A DNA stretch of 64,000 nt from an uncultured Thermoleophilaceae bacterium (GCA_963821275.1 CAWGDF010000012.1:34271-98270); one strand, 5' to 3'. Counted from the stretch's first letter, positions 33,896-44,846 are shown. The notes: a model not told the origin generated them from the sequence alone. Numbers and translations: made by a program.

Positions 33896-35515
33896 ATGCA
33901 CGGGAATCTCGCTCGGACGGCCCTTGTAGTGGTGCTCGTCCTGACAACCTGCATCGGAGTCGCAACGGCGCAGGCGGCACCGTTTGCCGCGACCCCGCCG
34001 GTCGAGGCCTCGGGTACGTCGCCGTTCACCGGGTGCACCACTCCGCCCGGACCGGGGCCCGGCGTCAACTTCACCAACGGGGAGGTCGAGCCCTGGGTGG
34101 ACGTCAACCCGGCGAACCCGGACAACCTGGTCGGCTTCTACCAGCAGGACCGGTGGTCCAACGGGGGCGCCAAGAGCAACGTGGCCACCGTCACCACGAA
34201 CGGCGGCGCAAGCTGGACCCAGGTGGTCGTGCCCGTGGGAACTATCTGCAGCGGGAGCGGCGACTTCGAGCGCGCGTCGGATCCCTGGGTGACGTTCTCA
34301 CCGAACGGCGTCGTGCACGCAATGAGCCTCGTCACCGATTCCGACCCACCGGCCGGCTTCGGCGACAACGGCATGAGCTATAACCGCTCGACCGACGGCG
34401 GCGCCACCTGGGAGGACCCGATCCTGCTGATCGAGGACACCAGCGCGCGCTTCCTCAACGACAAGAACAGCATGACCGCGGACCCGAACGACTCCGACTT
34501 CGTGTACGCGGTCTGGGACCGGCTGCAGACAGCAAGCGCGGACACACGCCTGCCGTCGGCCGAGAACCGGGCGGGGCTCGGCTTCAAGGGACCCATCTAC
34601 TTCGCCCGCACCACGAACGGCGGAGACTCGTGGGAGCCGGCGCGCAAGATCTACGAGTCGGGTGCCAACAAGCAGACCCTGGGCAACCAGATCGTGGTGG
34701 AGCCGGCCGCAAGCGGAGGGTCGCTGTTCGACTTCTTCGCCGACATCACCAACGCGTCGGAGCGGCGCAAGATCGTCGGCCCGGTCGGCGTGTCCTATAT
34801 CCGCTCGGACAACCGTGGTGAAACCTGGACGAAGCCGATCAAGGTGGCGGACCAGCTGCCGATGTCGCTCTTCCGGGCCAGCAGCACGATCGATCCGGAG
34901 TCGCCCCCGGCGCCGTGCCCGGCCCCGGACTCGCAGGGCAACTGCCCGATCCGCAGCGGCGACCTACTGCCTGAGGTTGCGGTCAACCGCTCCAACGGGA
35001 ACCTCTACGCCGTCTGGATGGACGCGCGCTTCGACGGATTCGCGAACGATGCGATCGCGTTCACCCGGTCAACCGACGGCGGCGGGAGCTGGTCGGCGCC
35101 GATCAAGGTCAACCTGACCCCGGAGACCGAACCGGTCGGCGATCAGCAGGCGTTTACGCCTTCGGTGCACGTCGCGGACGACGGGACCCTCAGCGTGTCC
35201 TACTACGACTTCCGCAACAACACCGCGGATACCGCCACGCTGCTGACCGACCACTTCGCGGTGCATTGCCACCCCGACGAGGAGGACTGCGCGAGCCGGG
35301 CAAGCTGGAACGAGGAGACCCGTATCACTCCCACCTCTTTCGACATCCGCGAGGCGCCCTTCGCACGCGGGTACTTCCTCGGTGACTACGTCGGCCTGAC
35401 GGCCACCGACGAACCCGCAGGTGCCGACGGCCCGAAGAACGACTTCCTGTCGCTCTTCGGCTCCACCGACGGGCTGGGACCGAGCAGCATCTTCTCGAGC
35501 CGGCTGTCGGAGTGA
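33896..35515 (+). CDS. secreted BNR/Asp-box repeat (sialidase-fold) protein
   Basis: The signal peptide ends ATAQA. Five Asp-boxes of the SxDxGxTW type are present: TTNGGASW, STDGGATW, TTNGGDSW, SDNRGETW and STDGGGSW. Confidence 0.85.
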   Translation: MHGNLARTALVVVLVLTTCIGVATAQAAPFAATPPVEASGTSPFTGCTTPPGPGPGVNFTNGEVEPWVDVNPANPDNLVGFYQQDRWSNGGAKSNVATVTTNGGASWTQVVVPVGTICSGSGDFERASDPWVTFSPNGVVHAMSLVTDSDPPAGFGDNGMSYNRSTDGGATWEDPILLIEDTSARFLNDKNSMTADPNDSDFVYAVWDRLQTASADTRLPSAENRAGLGFKGPIYFARTTNGGDSWEPARKIYESGANKQTLGNQIVVEPAASGGSLFDFFADITNASERRKIVGPVGVSYIRSDNRGETWTKPIKVADQLPMSLFRASSTIDPESPPAPCPAPDSQGNCPIRSGDLLPEVAVNRSNGNLYAVWMDARFDGFANDAIAFTRSTDGGGSWSAPIKVNLTPETEPVGDQQAFTPSVHVADDGTLSVSYYDFRNNTADTATLLTDHFAVHCHPDEEDCASRASWNEETRITPTSFDIREAPFARGYFLGDYVGLTATDEPAGADGPKNDFLSLFGSTDGLGPSSIFSSRLSE

Positions 35516-35537
35516 GCCTGAGGCGCGGGCCCGCCGG

Positions 35538-36377
35538 TCAGGGATCGGCGGGCTTGCGCCCGGAGGCCAGCTTCACCGACACCGGGAGCTCCAGCCCCCC
35601 ACCGGCTTCGTAGTCACGGACGATGTCGTCGAAGGCCGCCCTGATCCGCCCCTGCATCTCGTCGGTCTGACGCAGGATGAGCGCCGACGTGCGGACGGTG
35701 CCGCCCAGCAGGCCGTTCCAGAGCGCATCGGCGGAGGGCTCGGTGTGCGTGAAGGCGAGCGTGGTTGTCTCGACATCCTCGAGGCCCGGGCCGCGGAGGA
35801 GGCGGGCGAACTCCGCCTCGTCCGAGAAGCGGAAGAACGGCGGCCCGGCCGGGATGTCCTCGGGCGCGCCGGCGCCGGCCGCGGCGATCGCCTCCAGGAA
35901 GACACCCAGGAAGCGCGCCTGCTCGGGCGAGTCCCAGACCGTGAGCGCCACGCTCCCGCCCGGGGCCAGGACGCGGGCGAACTCCGCCGCGCACCGCTCG
36001 GGGCGACCCACGTGCAACATGAGGAAGTTCCCCACGACGGCGTCGAACGACCCGTCGTCGAAGGCGAGCGCCTCGGCATCGCCCGTGCGGAAGTCGACCT
36101 GCGGATGGAGCCGGCGGGCGAGGGCGACCATCGACTCGGCGACGTCCACCCCCACGACGTCGGCGCCCCGCTCGGCTGCGGCCGCTGCCACGTGACCCGG
36201 TCCGCTGGCCACGTCGAGCATGCGGAGGCCCTGACGGACAGCGGCGGCGTCGAGCAACGGCTCCACGGCCCGGACGGTGATGGGCCCGAAGAAGTCCTCG
36301 TAGCCACCGGCGCGGGCCTCCCACCCCGTCGCCTCGAACGCGTTGAAGGCGTCGGGGTCGACCGGCGGGTCAGTCAT
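35538..36377 (-). CDS. class I SAM-dependent methyltransferase
   Basis: Motif I is LRMLDVASGPGHVAAAAAERGADVVGVD, followed by FDAVVGNFLMLHV and LAPGGSVALTVWD. Confidence 0.85.
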   Translation of the reverse strand: MTDPPVDPDAFNAFEATGWEARAGGYEDFFGPITVRAVEPLLDAAAVRQGLRMLDVASGPGHVAAAAAERGADVVGVDVAESMVALARRLHPQVDFRTGDAEALAFDDGSFDAVVGNFLMLHVGRPERCAAEFARVLAPGGSVALTVWDSPEQARFLGVFLEAIAAAGAGAPEDIPAGPPFFRFSDEAEFARLLRGPGLEDVETTTLAFTHTEPSADALWNGLLGGTVRTSALILRQTDEMQGRIRAAFDDIVRDYEAGGGLELPVSVKLASGRKPADP

Positions 36378-36399
36378 CGCGAGCGATCCTACGCTCGCG
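36378..36399 (-). promoter_or_regulatory. 8-bp stem hairpin directly abutting the methyltransferase ATG, with an SD-like AGGA in the loop
   Basis: On the coding strand it reads CGCGAGCG-TAGGAT-CGCTCGCG-ATG. The stems at 36378-36385 and 36392-36399 pair perfectly. Confidence 0.3.
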
Positions 36400-36423
36400 T
36401 CCCGTGGGCCGGCTCGTCAGGCC

Positions 36424-36454
36424 TTGACTTCAAGTTCACTTGAGCTTGTAGTCT
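36424..36454 (+). promoter_or_regulatory. putative promoter (TTGACT ... TAGTCT) with embedded TCAAGT-tc-ACTTGA inverted repeat
   Basis: TTGACT lies at 36424-36429 and a TAnnnT-type hexamer at 36449-36454, a 19-nt spacing. A strong AAGGAGG sits 8 nt before the ATG at 36478. This is pattern matching only. Confidence 0.25.
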
Positions 36455-36477
36455 GCGACGACAAGGAGGTTGTCCCG

Positions 36478-37134
36478 ATGACACAGCTCGCTTCCCTGGA
36501 CAACGAGATCGAGGGGCTCTTCGCCTCGACGCCGGAGACACTGCCCTTCGCGCCGGGGCTCCACATCCGGGCCTTCCTGCTGCGGCGAGAGCAGGGCAAC
36601 GTGCTGATCTACAGCGTCGCCGGGCTCGCGTCCGATGCGCCCGCGATCGAGGAACTGGGCGGCGTTTCGCGGCGCTACCTCAACCACAGCCACGAGGCCC
36701 TGTTCGCCTCCGACTGGGCGGAGGGCCCGCTGTTCGTGCACGAGCGCGAACGCGCGGCCGTGGCTCGGAAGATGCACGTGCGCGCCACCTTCTCCAGGCG
36801 CCACACCCTCGACGACGACCTCGAGGTGATCCCCACGCCGGGACACACCAGCGGCGCCACCGCCTACCTCTGGGAGAGCGCCGGCCGGCGGCTTCTCTTC
36901 ACCGGCGACACGATCTATCTCGCCGATGGCGAATGGGTGGCTGCCGTCCTCGAGTCGAGCGACCGGGACGCATACATCGAGAGCCTGGAGCTCGTTCGCG
37001 AGCTCGAGTTCGATGTGCTCGTTCCCTGGGCGGCCACTGGCGGCCGGCCGTACCAGGCCGAGACCGACCGGACCGACGCCCGCCGGCGCATCGACGCGAT
37101 CCTCGGACGACTGCGGCGCGGCGAGAGCCGCTGA
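36478..37134 (+). CDS. MBL-fold metallo-hydrolase
   Basis: The ATG at 36478 is preceded by AAGGAGG. NHSHEALF...IPTPGHTSGATAYLW...LFTGDTIY is a degenerate MBL pattern. Confidence 0.75.
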   Translation: MTQLASLDNEIEGLFASTPETLPFAPGLHIRAFLLRREQGNVLIYSVAGLASDAPAIEELGGVSRRYLNHSHEALFASDWAEGPLFVHERERAAVARKMHVRATFSRRHTLDDDLEVIPTPGHTSGATAYLWESAGRRLLFTGDTIYLADGEWVAAVLESSDRDAYIESLELVRELEFDVLVPWAATGGRPYQAETDRTDARRRIDAILGRLRRGESR

Positions 37135-37138
37135 CCGT

Positions 37139-38704
37139 TTAGTCCCAGCCCAGTCGGTAGCTCGAGTCGCCGGTCAGCTCCACCACGTCCATCTGGGCCT
37201 TCTGGAGCTTGCCGGCGTAGTCCCAGTTCATCGACTGCCAGCGGGTGAACTGGTCGAGGACCCAGACGCCCGACTGCCGGCTGCCGTTGCCGGACTTGCC
37301 GTTGCCGCCGAAGGGCAGGTGCGCTTCGGCCCCGGACGTCGAGTTGTTCACCGACAGCATGCCCGCGCTCACCTGCTCGCGGAAACGGAAGGCGGACTTG
37401 GCGTCGTTCGTGTAGATCGCCGCCGACAGCCCGTAGCCGTGGCCGTTGGCCAGGGCCACCGCCTCGTCGAAGTCAGCGAAGGAGGCAACGCCGACGAGCG
37501 GGCCGAACGTCTCGGTGCGGTAGATCTCGTCGTCGGCGGTCACACCGTCGACGATGGTCGGGTGATCGTAGATCCCGATGTCGGGGTCCCCCGCGAAGCC
37601 TTCGCGAGGGTTGTCGCTGGTGATCCGGCCGGTGGCGCTCGAGCCCGAGACCGTGTGGTGGTCGCGGATCAGCTCGAGCCATTCCGTGAAGCGGTCGTGG
37701 AAGCGCTGGTGGATCATCGGGCCGTACAGCACCTCGTCGAAGGGGTCGCCGATCGGCGCTTCTTCCACCGCGCGCGAGAAGCGCCGAATGAACTCGTGGT
37801 GGACCGACTCGTGGACGATCACCGTGCCGAGCGAGGTGCAGCGCTGCCCGGCCGTGCCGAAGCCGCTGAACAGCGCGCCCTCCACGGCCAGGTCCAGCTC
37901 GGCGTCGGGCATCACCACCAGCGGGTTCTTTCCCCCCAACTCGAGGCAGGGGGACTGCAGGTGCCGCCCGCACAGCTCGCCGATCTTCGCCCCCACCGCG
38001 GACGAGCCGGTGAGCCCGACCTTGTCGACGAGCCCCTCGTCGAGCGCGCGCTCGATGCCCGCGAAGGCCGTCGGCCCATCGCACTGCACCAGGTTGAACA
38101 CGCCGTCCGGCAGGCCGGCGTTGAGGAACAGCGAGGCCAGCGCGTCTCCCAGCGCAGGGGTGTACTCGGCGGGCTTCCAGACCACCGCGTTGCCACACAG
38201 AAGCGCCGGAACGAGGTACCACGAGGGGACCGCCACCGGGAAGTTGCCCGCCGTGACGATGGCGGCAACCCCCACCGGGTTGCGGAAGGTGAACAGCTGC
38301 TTGTCCGGCATCTCGCTGGGCACCGTCATGCCGTACAGGCGCCGGCCCTCCGAGAGAAAGAAGTCGCAGGTGTCGATGATCTCCTGGACCTCGCCCAGCG
38401 ACTCGGGGTAGGGCTTGCCGATCTCACGCGTCACGAGCCGGGCCAGCGCCTCCTTGTTCTCCTCGACCAGCCGGCCGATCTGAGCGATGGCGCGGCCGCG
38501 AGCGGGGGCCGGCACGGCGGCCCATTCGCGCTGCGCGGCCCGGGCCGCGCGGCAGGCGTCGAGGAAGGTGGAGGCGTCGCCGAGCACGGCCTCGCAAACC
38601 ACCTCCTCCAGGTTGGCCGGATTGCGCGACTCGATGCGTTGCCCCTCCTGGCGGGCTTCGCCCGCGACGATGGAGGAGACCGTCCTGGTGCTCGTGATGC
38701 TCAT
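37139..38704 (-). CDS. NAD(P)-dependent aldehyde dehydrogenase
   Basis: VVWKPAEYTP, the LELGGKNP glutamate motif, the FGTAGQRCTS catalytic Cys, and ETFGPL. The protein is 521 aa. Confidence 0.95.
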   Translation of the reverse strand: MSITSTRTVSSIVAGEARQEGQRIESRNPANLEEVVCEAVLGDASTFLDACRAARAAQREWAAVPAPARGRAIAQIGRLVEENKEALARLVTREIGKPYPESLGEVQEIIDTCDFFLSEGRRLYGMTVPSEMPDKQLFTFRNPVGVAAIVTAGNFPVAVPSWYLVPALLCGNAVVWKPAEYTPALGDALASLFLNAGLPDGVFNLVQCDGPTAFAGIERALDEGLVDKVGLTGSSAVGAKIGELCGRHLQSPCLELGGKNPLVVMPDAELDLAVEGALFSGFGTAGQRCTSLGTVIVHESVHHEFIRRFSRAVEEAPIGDPFDEVLYGPMIHQRFHDRFTEWLELIRDHHTVSGSSATGRITSDNPREGFAGDPDIGIYDHPTIVDGVTADDEIYRTETFGPLVGVASFADFDEAVALANGHGYGLSAAIYTNDAKSAFRFREQVSAGMLSVNNSTSGAEAHLPFGGNGKSGNGSRQSGVWVLDQFTRWQSMNWDYAGKLQKAQMDVVELTGDSSYRLGWD

Positions 38705-38834
38705 GGGCCGGAGGCTAGCCGGTGCCGGCCGGTGCGGGAAGCCGCTCGCGAAAGCCGCCGTGCACGTTTGGCCAGCTCGCCCTTGGGTCCACTAGTGTGC
38801 GCCCGTGGCCGCCCGCTGGTCCCACCTGCCCTCG

Positions 38835-41197
38835 ATGGGCAGCCGGTCTTGGAGTTGGGTACTGGCGTTCGGGTGCGCTACGGCGATCGCCGTCGCTGCG
38901 CCGGCATCGGCCACCGTCCTGACTCCGACGCCGGACGCCCTGGACGGCAGCTCGTTCCAGGGTGCCGACGGCGACCAGGACGACGCGCCCGCGCTCTCGC
39001 TCATCGACTGGCGGGACCGGCAGGCGGCAGGCCGGGTTCATCACACCTCCGACGCGAACGCTGGGGACACCGCCTTCACGGGCGGCAGCAAGGAGCTCAA
39101 GCCGGGCGACTGGGGCCTCAGGGAGGAGGCGGGCGGCGTCAACCCCGCCAAGGACAACATCCGCGACGTCTGGTCATCGGTCAGCCAACCGGGGGCGAAC
39201 ACGTTCGTCCAGCTCGGGTTCACCCGCGAGAAGGAGGAGGGGACGACCTTCCTCGCCTTCGAGCTCAACCACGACGCCCGCCTGTGGCACAACGGCAAGG
39301 CGCGCATCCCCTGCCGGCGCACCGGTGACGTGCTCGTTTCGTATGAGGCCAAGGGAAACGACGTGGACGTGGTGATCCAGCGCTGGATCACCGAGAGCAC
39401 CGACGCGGCGTCAGGCTGTGCGCAGACGGGCCGGCTCGACGGGTACACCGGGTTCAGGCGCAACGTGGCGCAGGGCGCGATAAACGACACGGACATCGCC
39501 AGCCGGCTGCCCGGCGCATACGACGGCACGGTGCCCCGGCGTCGCTTCGGCGAGGCGGCGCTGAACCTCGCCCGCCTCGTGGCCGACGGCTTCGGCAAGC
39601 CGTGCCTGGCCTTCGCTTCGGTCTGGGCTCACTCGAGGTCGTCGTCGAGCTCGGAGAAGTCGCAGATGCAGGACTACGTCGCACCCGAGCCGCTCAAGGT
39701 GCGCACCTGCGCCGCCTCGGGCACGAAGTTCTTCGACCTGAATGCCAACGGGGTCCGTGACCAGGACGATCCCGGCATTCCGCGCTTCAAGATCTGGGCC
39801 GACTACGACGAGGACGGCGTCCACGATGCCGGGCGAGCCGTTCAGCATCAGCGACGACCAGGGCCAGTATGTGATCTATGACATCAGGCCGCCAGACGGC
39901 ACCTACAGGCTGCGGGAGACGCTGCTTACGCGCAGGGCTCGCAGCCGCGCCGTCGCGACCGACTGGCTCTGCTCCTATCCGAACGCGAACACACCGGGCG
40001 CCACCGGCGATGCGCCAAATGGCCGCTTCGGCTGTGCCTCGGGGCTGATCAACCCGAACCGCACGCCGTACGCGGAGGGCCGTGACTTCGGCAACTGGTT
40101 CCCCGCGCGGCTGACGGTGAGGAAGGAGATCGAGCCCGCCGGTGATCCGGGTCGCTTCAACCTGCTGGTGAACGGACGCGTGGTCCTGCCGGCGGCCGGC
40201 GACGGCGCGAGGATCACGCGCTCGGTGCCTCCCGGCACCTACGACGTCTCCGAGATCGCCGCCGAGGGTACGAACGCTGCCGACTACCGCTCCACCGTTG
40301 AGTGCCGGCGCAGCGCGACGCGGCGAGGGCGCCACCGGTCGGCCCCGGTCTTCGAGGACCTGGAACTGTCGGCCGGTCAGCGGGCGGTGTGCACGTTCCG
40401 GAACATCCGTCCCGGCGTACCCGCGATCGCGATCAGGAAGACGGGGCCGGCCTTCGCGGAGGCGGGCGACAGGCTTCGGTACACGTTCGCCGTGACGAAC
40501 CCGGGCGACGTGCCCTTCCCCGCGGACGCCGTCCGGGTCAGCGATCCCCAGTGCGACGATCCGCCCGAGCTGGTCGAGAAGGACGACGCCTCGGGTGCCG
40601 ACGACTCGCCGGGAACGCTCGATCCCGGCGATACCTGGACCTACCGCTGCTCGAACCGGACCGACTCCGGGGGCGACGCTTGCGAGCCGACCAGGATCGA
40701 CAACACGGGCACGGTGAGCGGCACCACGGGTGGGTCGACAGTAACCGCCGACGACTCGATCGGCACGATCATTTTCTGTCCGGACGGGCCCCCGCCGCCG
40801 ATCCCCGAGCCGCCAGATCCGCCCCGCCCCGGCGGACCCGATGAGCCAGGGGCGGTTGCGCCGCCGGGGCCGGCGCCGCCGAACGCCGGCGACGCGGCAG
40901 TCGCGAGCTTCATCCTGCGCCGGGCGACCCGAGAGCTGCATCTCGGGACGCGTCCCGCGCGTGGACTTCAGTGGCACCCGCATTCGCCGCATCCGGGTCT
41001 ACGCGAACGGGCGCCTGAGAAGGGGGCTCACGGTGCGGACGCTGCAGCGCCGAGTCACACCGCGCGTGACTCTCCCTCCGGGCCGCTACCGGCTTGCGGT
41101 TCGCGTGGTGTTCCAACGTGGCTCCGGCAGCCCGCCGGTCAGGCTCACACGCGCGATCCGGATCTGCGCGGCGGCGGCGCCCCCCGTCACCGGATAG
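38835..41197 (+). pseudogene. large secreted adhesin-like protein, two +1 frameshifts
   Basis: Domain order is an unknown N-domain, an SdrD-B/Cna-B-like domain, a DUF11-like repeat, a Pro-rich linker and a C-terminal beta-sandwich. Three consecutive frames carry one continuous protein. Frame 38805..39881 has signal peptide MGSRSWSWVLAFGCATAIAVAAPASA and runs to ...FFDLNANGVRDQDDPGIPRFKIWADYDEDGVHDAG. Frame 39742..41226 reads EPFSISDDQGQYVIYDIRPPDGTYRL...IAIRKTGPAFAEAGDRLRYTFAVTNPG.... Frame 40841..41197 reads PESCISGRVPRVDFSGTRIRRIRVYANGRL.... Confidence 0.7.
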
Positions 41198-41222
41198 CCT
41201 CGCGGACATCCTTGGGCGACGC

Positions 41223-42338
41223 GTGACCTCCGCCCCCCACCGGGCCGACGTCCTCGTGGCCGGGGGCGGCATTCACGGCACGAGCATCGCCTTCCACCTC
41301 GCCGAGGCCGGCGTCGACGTGCTGCTGTGCGAGCGGGCCGAGTTGGGCTCGGGCTCCACGAGCAAGGGCGCCGGCGGGGTGCGCGGCATGTTCTCCGACG
41401 AGCTGAACGTGCGGATCGGGCTGCGCAGTCTCGAGGCGTGGGCCGCCTTCGGCGAGCGGCCCGGCAGCGACGTGGGCTTCGATCCGGTCGGCTACCTCTT
41501 CCTGCTCTCGAGCGAGGAGCAGGTCCGCAACTTCGAGCGCCAGGTGGCGATGCAGAACCGGCTGGGGCTGCCCAGCCGGATGGTCACGCCGCCCGAGGCC
41601 GCCGAGCAGTCGCCGCTGGCCGGGCTGGAGGGAGTCCGGGCCGCGGCGTTCTGCCCCCGGGCGGGCCTGGCCGTCCCCGACGCGGCGGTCCAGGGCTACG
41701 CGGCGGGCGCGCGCGCGCACGGTGCCCGGGTGCTCACCGGCTGCGAGATCAGCGAGCTTCGGGCAGGAGATGGCGCGTGGACGGCGCAGACTCGCGGCGG
41801 CGAGCTGACAGCCGGGGCGGTGGTGTGCGCCGCCGGGCCCTGGTCAGGCGACCTCAGCGCGCGCGCCGGCGTGCCCCTGCCGGTGACGGGCGAGCGCCGC
41901 CGGATCGCCTACACCGGCCCGCTCGAAGGCCTTCCCGAGCGCGTGCCGATGACGATCGACTTCGAGACCGGCTTCTACTTCCACCGCGAGGGCCCGGGCC
42001 TGCTCTTCGGCACAAACGAGGTCTGCGAGACCCAGGACGAGTGGCTCGAGCGCGCGGTCCCGGTGCTCGAGCGGCGCGCGCCGGTGCTGCTCGACGCGCC
42101 GATCGCGGGCGGCTGGTCCGGCCTCTACGAGATGACCCCGGACCACAACGCCCTGATCGGAGAGGCCCAGGCGCCGGCCCGCTTCCTCTACGCCACCGGC
42201 TTCTCAGGCCACGGCTTCCAGCAGGCCCCCGCGGTCGGCGAGATCGTCCGCGACCTCTACCTGCGCCGTGAGCCGTTCGTGGACGTGGCGCCGCTCGCGG
42301 CCGGCCGGCCGGAGCGGCGCGAGCGGAACGTCGTCTAA
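41223..42338 (+). CDS. FAD-dependent oxidoreductase (DAO / sarcosine-oxidase-beta-like)
   Basis: The GTG at 41223 gives [23 protein letters not shown], the GxGxxG dinucleotide fold. Further along are TPDHNALIG and [16 protein letters not shown]. Confidence 0.85.
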   Translation: MTSAPHRADVLVAGGGIHGTSIAFHLAEAGVDVLLCERAELGSGSTSKGAGGVRGMFSDELNVRIGLRSLEAWAAFGERPGSDVGFDPVGYLFLLSSEEQVRNFERQVAMQNRLGLPSRMVTPPEAAEQSPLAGLEGVRAAAFCPRAGLAVPDAAVQGYAAGARAHGARVLTGCEISELRAGDGAWTAQTRGGELTAGAVVCAAGPWSGDLSARAGVPLPVTGERRRIAYTGPLEGLPERVPMTIDFETGFYFHREGPGLLFGTNEVCETQDEWLERAVPVLERRAPVLLDAPIAGGWSGLYEMTPDHNALIGEAQAPARFLYATGFSGHGFQQAPAVGEIVRDLYLRREPFVDVAPLAAGRPERRERNVV

Positions 42339-44137
42339 CCGAGGCGCTCCTCGAGCGTCTTGAGCTGCGTGCGGAGCGCGTCCGGGAGCCGGTCGCCGAA
42401 GCTCGCGAAGTGCTCCTTCATCTGCGGCAGCTGCGCCCGCCACTCCTCGGCGTCGACCTTGAGCAGCTCGGTCATCGCTTCCTCGGAGATGTCCAGGCCC
42501 TCGGTGTCGATCGCCCCCGCCGCCGGCACGCGTCCGATCGGGGTGTCGACGGCCTCGGCCTCGTCGTCGCAGCGGCGGAAGATCCAGGCCAGGACGCGGC
42601 TGTTCTCGCCGAACCCGGGCCAGAGGAAGTTGTCGTCGTCGTCGGTGCGGAACCAGTTGACCATGAAGATCCGCGGCAGCTTCGCGCCGTCCCGCTCACC
42701 GCAGCGCAGCCAGTGGCCGAAGTAGTCGGCCATGTGGTAGCCGCAGAAGGGCAGCATGGCCATGGGATCGAAGCGCAGCTCGCCCACCGTGCCCGCCGCC
42801 GCGGCGGTCATCTCGGAGCCCATGATCGCTCCGAGGAAGACGCCGTGCTCCCAGTCGAAGGCCTCCTGCACCAGCGGGACCACGGTGGCGCGGCGGCCCC
42901 CGAACAGGAAGGCGTCGACGGGGACGCCGGCGGGGTCCTCCCAGTTCGGCGCCATCGACGGGCACTGCGACGCCGGGGCGGTGAAGCGGGCGTTCGGATG
43001 CGCGGCCTCGGCGTCCGAGTCGGGCGTCCAGTCGTTCCCGTGCCAGTCGATCAGGTGCGCGGGCGGCTCCTCGGTCATCCCCTCCCACCAGACGTCACCG
43101 TCGTCGGTGCGCGCGCAGTTGGTGAAGACGGAGTCGGCGTCGACCATCTCCATGGCGTTCGGGTTCGTCTCCTCGCTCGTGCCGGGCGCCACGCCGAAGA
43201 AGCCGGCCTCGGGGTTGATGGCGTAGAGCCGGCCGTCGTCGCCGAACTTCATCCACGCGATGTCGTCGCCGATCGTCTCGACCTTCCAGTCCTCGAGGCT
43301 GGGGACCAGCATCGCCAGGTTCGTCTTGCCGCAGGCGGACGGAAAGGCGCCGGTCACGTGCTTGACCTTCCCCTCCGGTGAGGTCAGCTTCAGGATCAGC
43401 ATGTGCTCGGCCAGCCAGCCCTCGTCCCGGGCCATGACCGAGGCGATCCGGAGCGCGAAGCACTTCTTGCCGAGCAGCGCGTTGCCGCCGTAACCCGAGC
43501 CGAAGGACCAGATCTCGCGCGTCTCGGGGAAGTGCACGATGTACTTGTTGTCGGCGTTGCAGGGCCAGGGAACGTCCTCCACACCGTCTCCGAGCGGCAT
43601 GCCGACCGAGTGGAGGCAGGGGACGAACTCGCCCTGCTCGCCGAGCACCTCGAGCGCCGGGGTGCCCATCCGGGTCATGATCCGCATCGAGACCGCCACG
43701 TAGGGGGAGTCGGTGATCTCCACCCCGATGTGGGCGATCGGCGAGCCCAGCGGCCCCATCGAGAACGGCACCACGTACATCGTCCGGCCGCGCATCGAGC
43801 CCCGGAACAGCCCGGTGAGCGTCTCGCGCATCTCGCCCGGGTCGCGCCAGTTGTTGGTGGGCCCCGCGTCGTCCTCGTCCCTCGAGCAGATGAACGTGCG
43901 GTCCTCGACGCGCGCCACGTCGTCGGGGTCCGAGCGGGACAGGTACGAGTTGGGCCGCTTCGCTTCGGACAGCCTCTCGAAGGTCCCCGCCTCCACAAGC
44001 TGCTGGCAGAGGTCGTCGTACTCCTCCGCGGAGCCGTCGCACCAGTGGATCGCGTCCGGCTGGGTGAGCTCGGCGACCTCGTCCACCCAGTCGGCGAGCT
44101 TGCGGTTGGTGGTCGGGGCAGTGGTGGTCTGGCTCAT
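42335..44137 (-). CDS. pckG: phosphoenolpyruvate carboxykinase (GTP)
   Basis: The ATG at 44137 is preceded by [49 protein letters not shown] and [18 protein letters not shown] are canonical GTP-PEPCK motifs. Confidence 0.95.
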   Translation of the reverse strand: MSQTTTAPTTNRKLADWVDEVAELTQPDAIHWCDGSAEEYDDLCQQLVEAGTFERLSEAKRPNSYLSRSDPDDVARVEDRTFICSRDEDDAGPTNNWRDPGEMRETLTGLFRGSMRGRTMYVVPFSMGPLGSPIAHIGVEITDSPYVAVSMRIMTRMGTPALEVLGEQGEFVPCLHSVGMPLGDGVEDVPWPCNADNKYIVHFPETREIWSFGSGYGGNALLGKKCFALRIASVMARDEGWLAEHMLILKLTSPEGKVKHVTGAFPSACGKTNLAMLVPSLEDWKVETIGDDIAWMKFGDDGRLYAINPEAGFFGVAPGTSEETNPNAMEMVDADSVFTNCARTDDGDVWWEGMTEEPPAHLIDWHGNDWTPDSDAEAAHPNARFTAPASQCPSMAPNWEDPAGVPVDAFLFGGRRATVVPLVQEAFDWEHGVFLGAIMGSEMTAAAAGTVGELRFDPMAMLPFCGYHMADYFGHWLRCGERDGAKLPRIFMVNWFRTDDDDNFLWPGFGENSRVLAWIFRRCDDEAEAVDTPIGRVPAAGAIDTEGLDISEEAMTELLKVDAEEWRAQLPQMKEHFASFGDRLPDALRTQLKTLEERLG

Positions 44138-44208
44138 TTGAGGTGGGAGTCTCCTTGGGTGTTCAGGGGCCGCTAAGCGTATCCCGGCGCTCCCTACACT
44201 GCCCACCC

Positions 44209-44826
44209 ATGCGGGCCGTATTGCGCTTCCTCGCGGCCGTGATGATCGTGAGCGGGGTGCTGCTCATCGGTGACGCGGCCGCGACTCTGCTCTGGCAGGA
44301 GCCCGTGTCCGCGTTCGTCTCCGAGCGCCAGCAGACCAAGCTCGAGGAGCAGCTCTTCGACCCGCCGGCTCCGGTCAAGAAGCGGGTTCGCGAGCGCCGG
44401 CCGCTTCCGGGCGACGCCATCGGCAAGCTCCAGATCCCGGCGATCGGCGTGTCCGAGTACGTGGTCGAGGGCACCGACACGGGCAACCTGCGCAAGGGGC
44501 CGGGTCACTACCCCGACACGCCGCTGCCCGGGGAGCGCGGCACGGTGGCGATCGCCGGCCACCGGACGACCTACGGGGCTCCCTTCCGCGACGTAAACAA
44601 GCTCAGGCGGGGGCAGGTGATCTCGCTCGACCTGCCCTACGGCCGCTTCATCTACCGCGTGGAGCGGGTGAAGATCGTCGACGACCAGGACCTGTCGGTG
44701 CTGGAGCCCGTCGGCCACGACCGCCTCATGCTGAGCGCCTGCCATCCGCTCTACAGCGCCGCCCAGCGAGTGATCGTGTTCGCCCGGCTCGCCCGGCGCG
44801 CGCGGTCCACGGTCAAGCGGGCATGA
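44209..44826 (+). CDS. sortase family transpeptidase (class E-like)
   Basis: N-terminal TM anchor, [12 protein letters not shown] (catalytic His), LMLSACHP (catalytic Cys in an LxxxC context) and RVIVFARL (Arg). The ATG is at 44209. Confidence 0.85.
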   Translation: MRAVLRFLAAVMIVSGVLLIGDAAATLLWQEPVSAFVSERQQTKLEEQLFDPPAPVKKRVRERRPLPGDAIGKLQIPAIGVSEYVVEGTDTGNLRKGPGHYPDTPLPGERGTVAIAGHRTTYGAPFRDVNKLRRGQVISLDLPYGRFIYRVERVKIVDDQDLSVLEPVGHDRLMLSACHPLYSAAQRVIVFARLARRARSTVKRA

Positions 44827-44846
44827 TGGCCGGCACGGCGCCGCCG

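Noticed and set aside
36926-39328. 800-aa plus-strand ORF
   Set aside because: It is antisense to the aldehyde dehydrogenase gene, which has unambiguous catalytic motifs, and its composition is low-complexity.
39828-40926. Programmed +1 ribosomal frameshifting at GCC-GGG-CGA as the explanation for the two adhesin frame breaks
   Set aside because: There is no recognisable slippery/hungry-codon arrangement with re-pairing potential, no downstream stimulatory structure was seen, and G3 is too short for classical phase variation. It is kept only as the least likely option within the corresponding finding.
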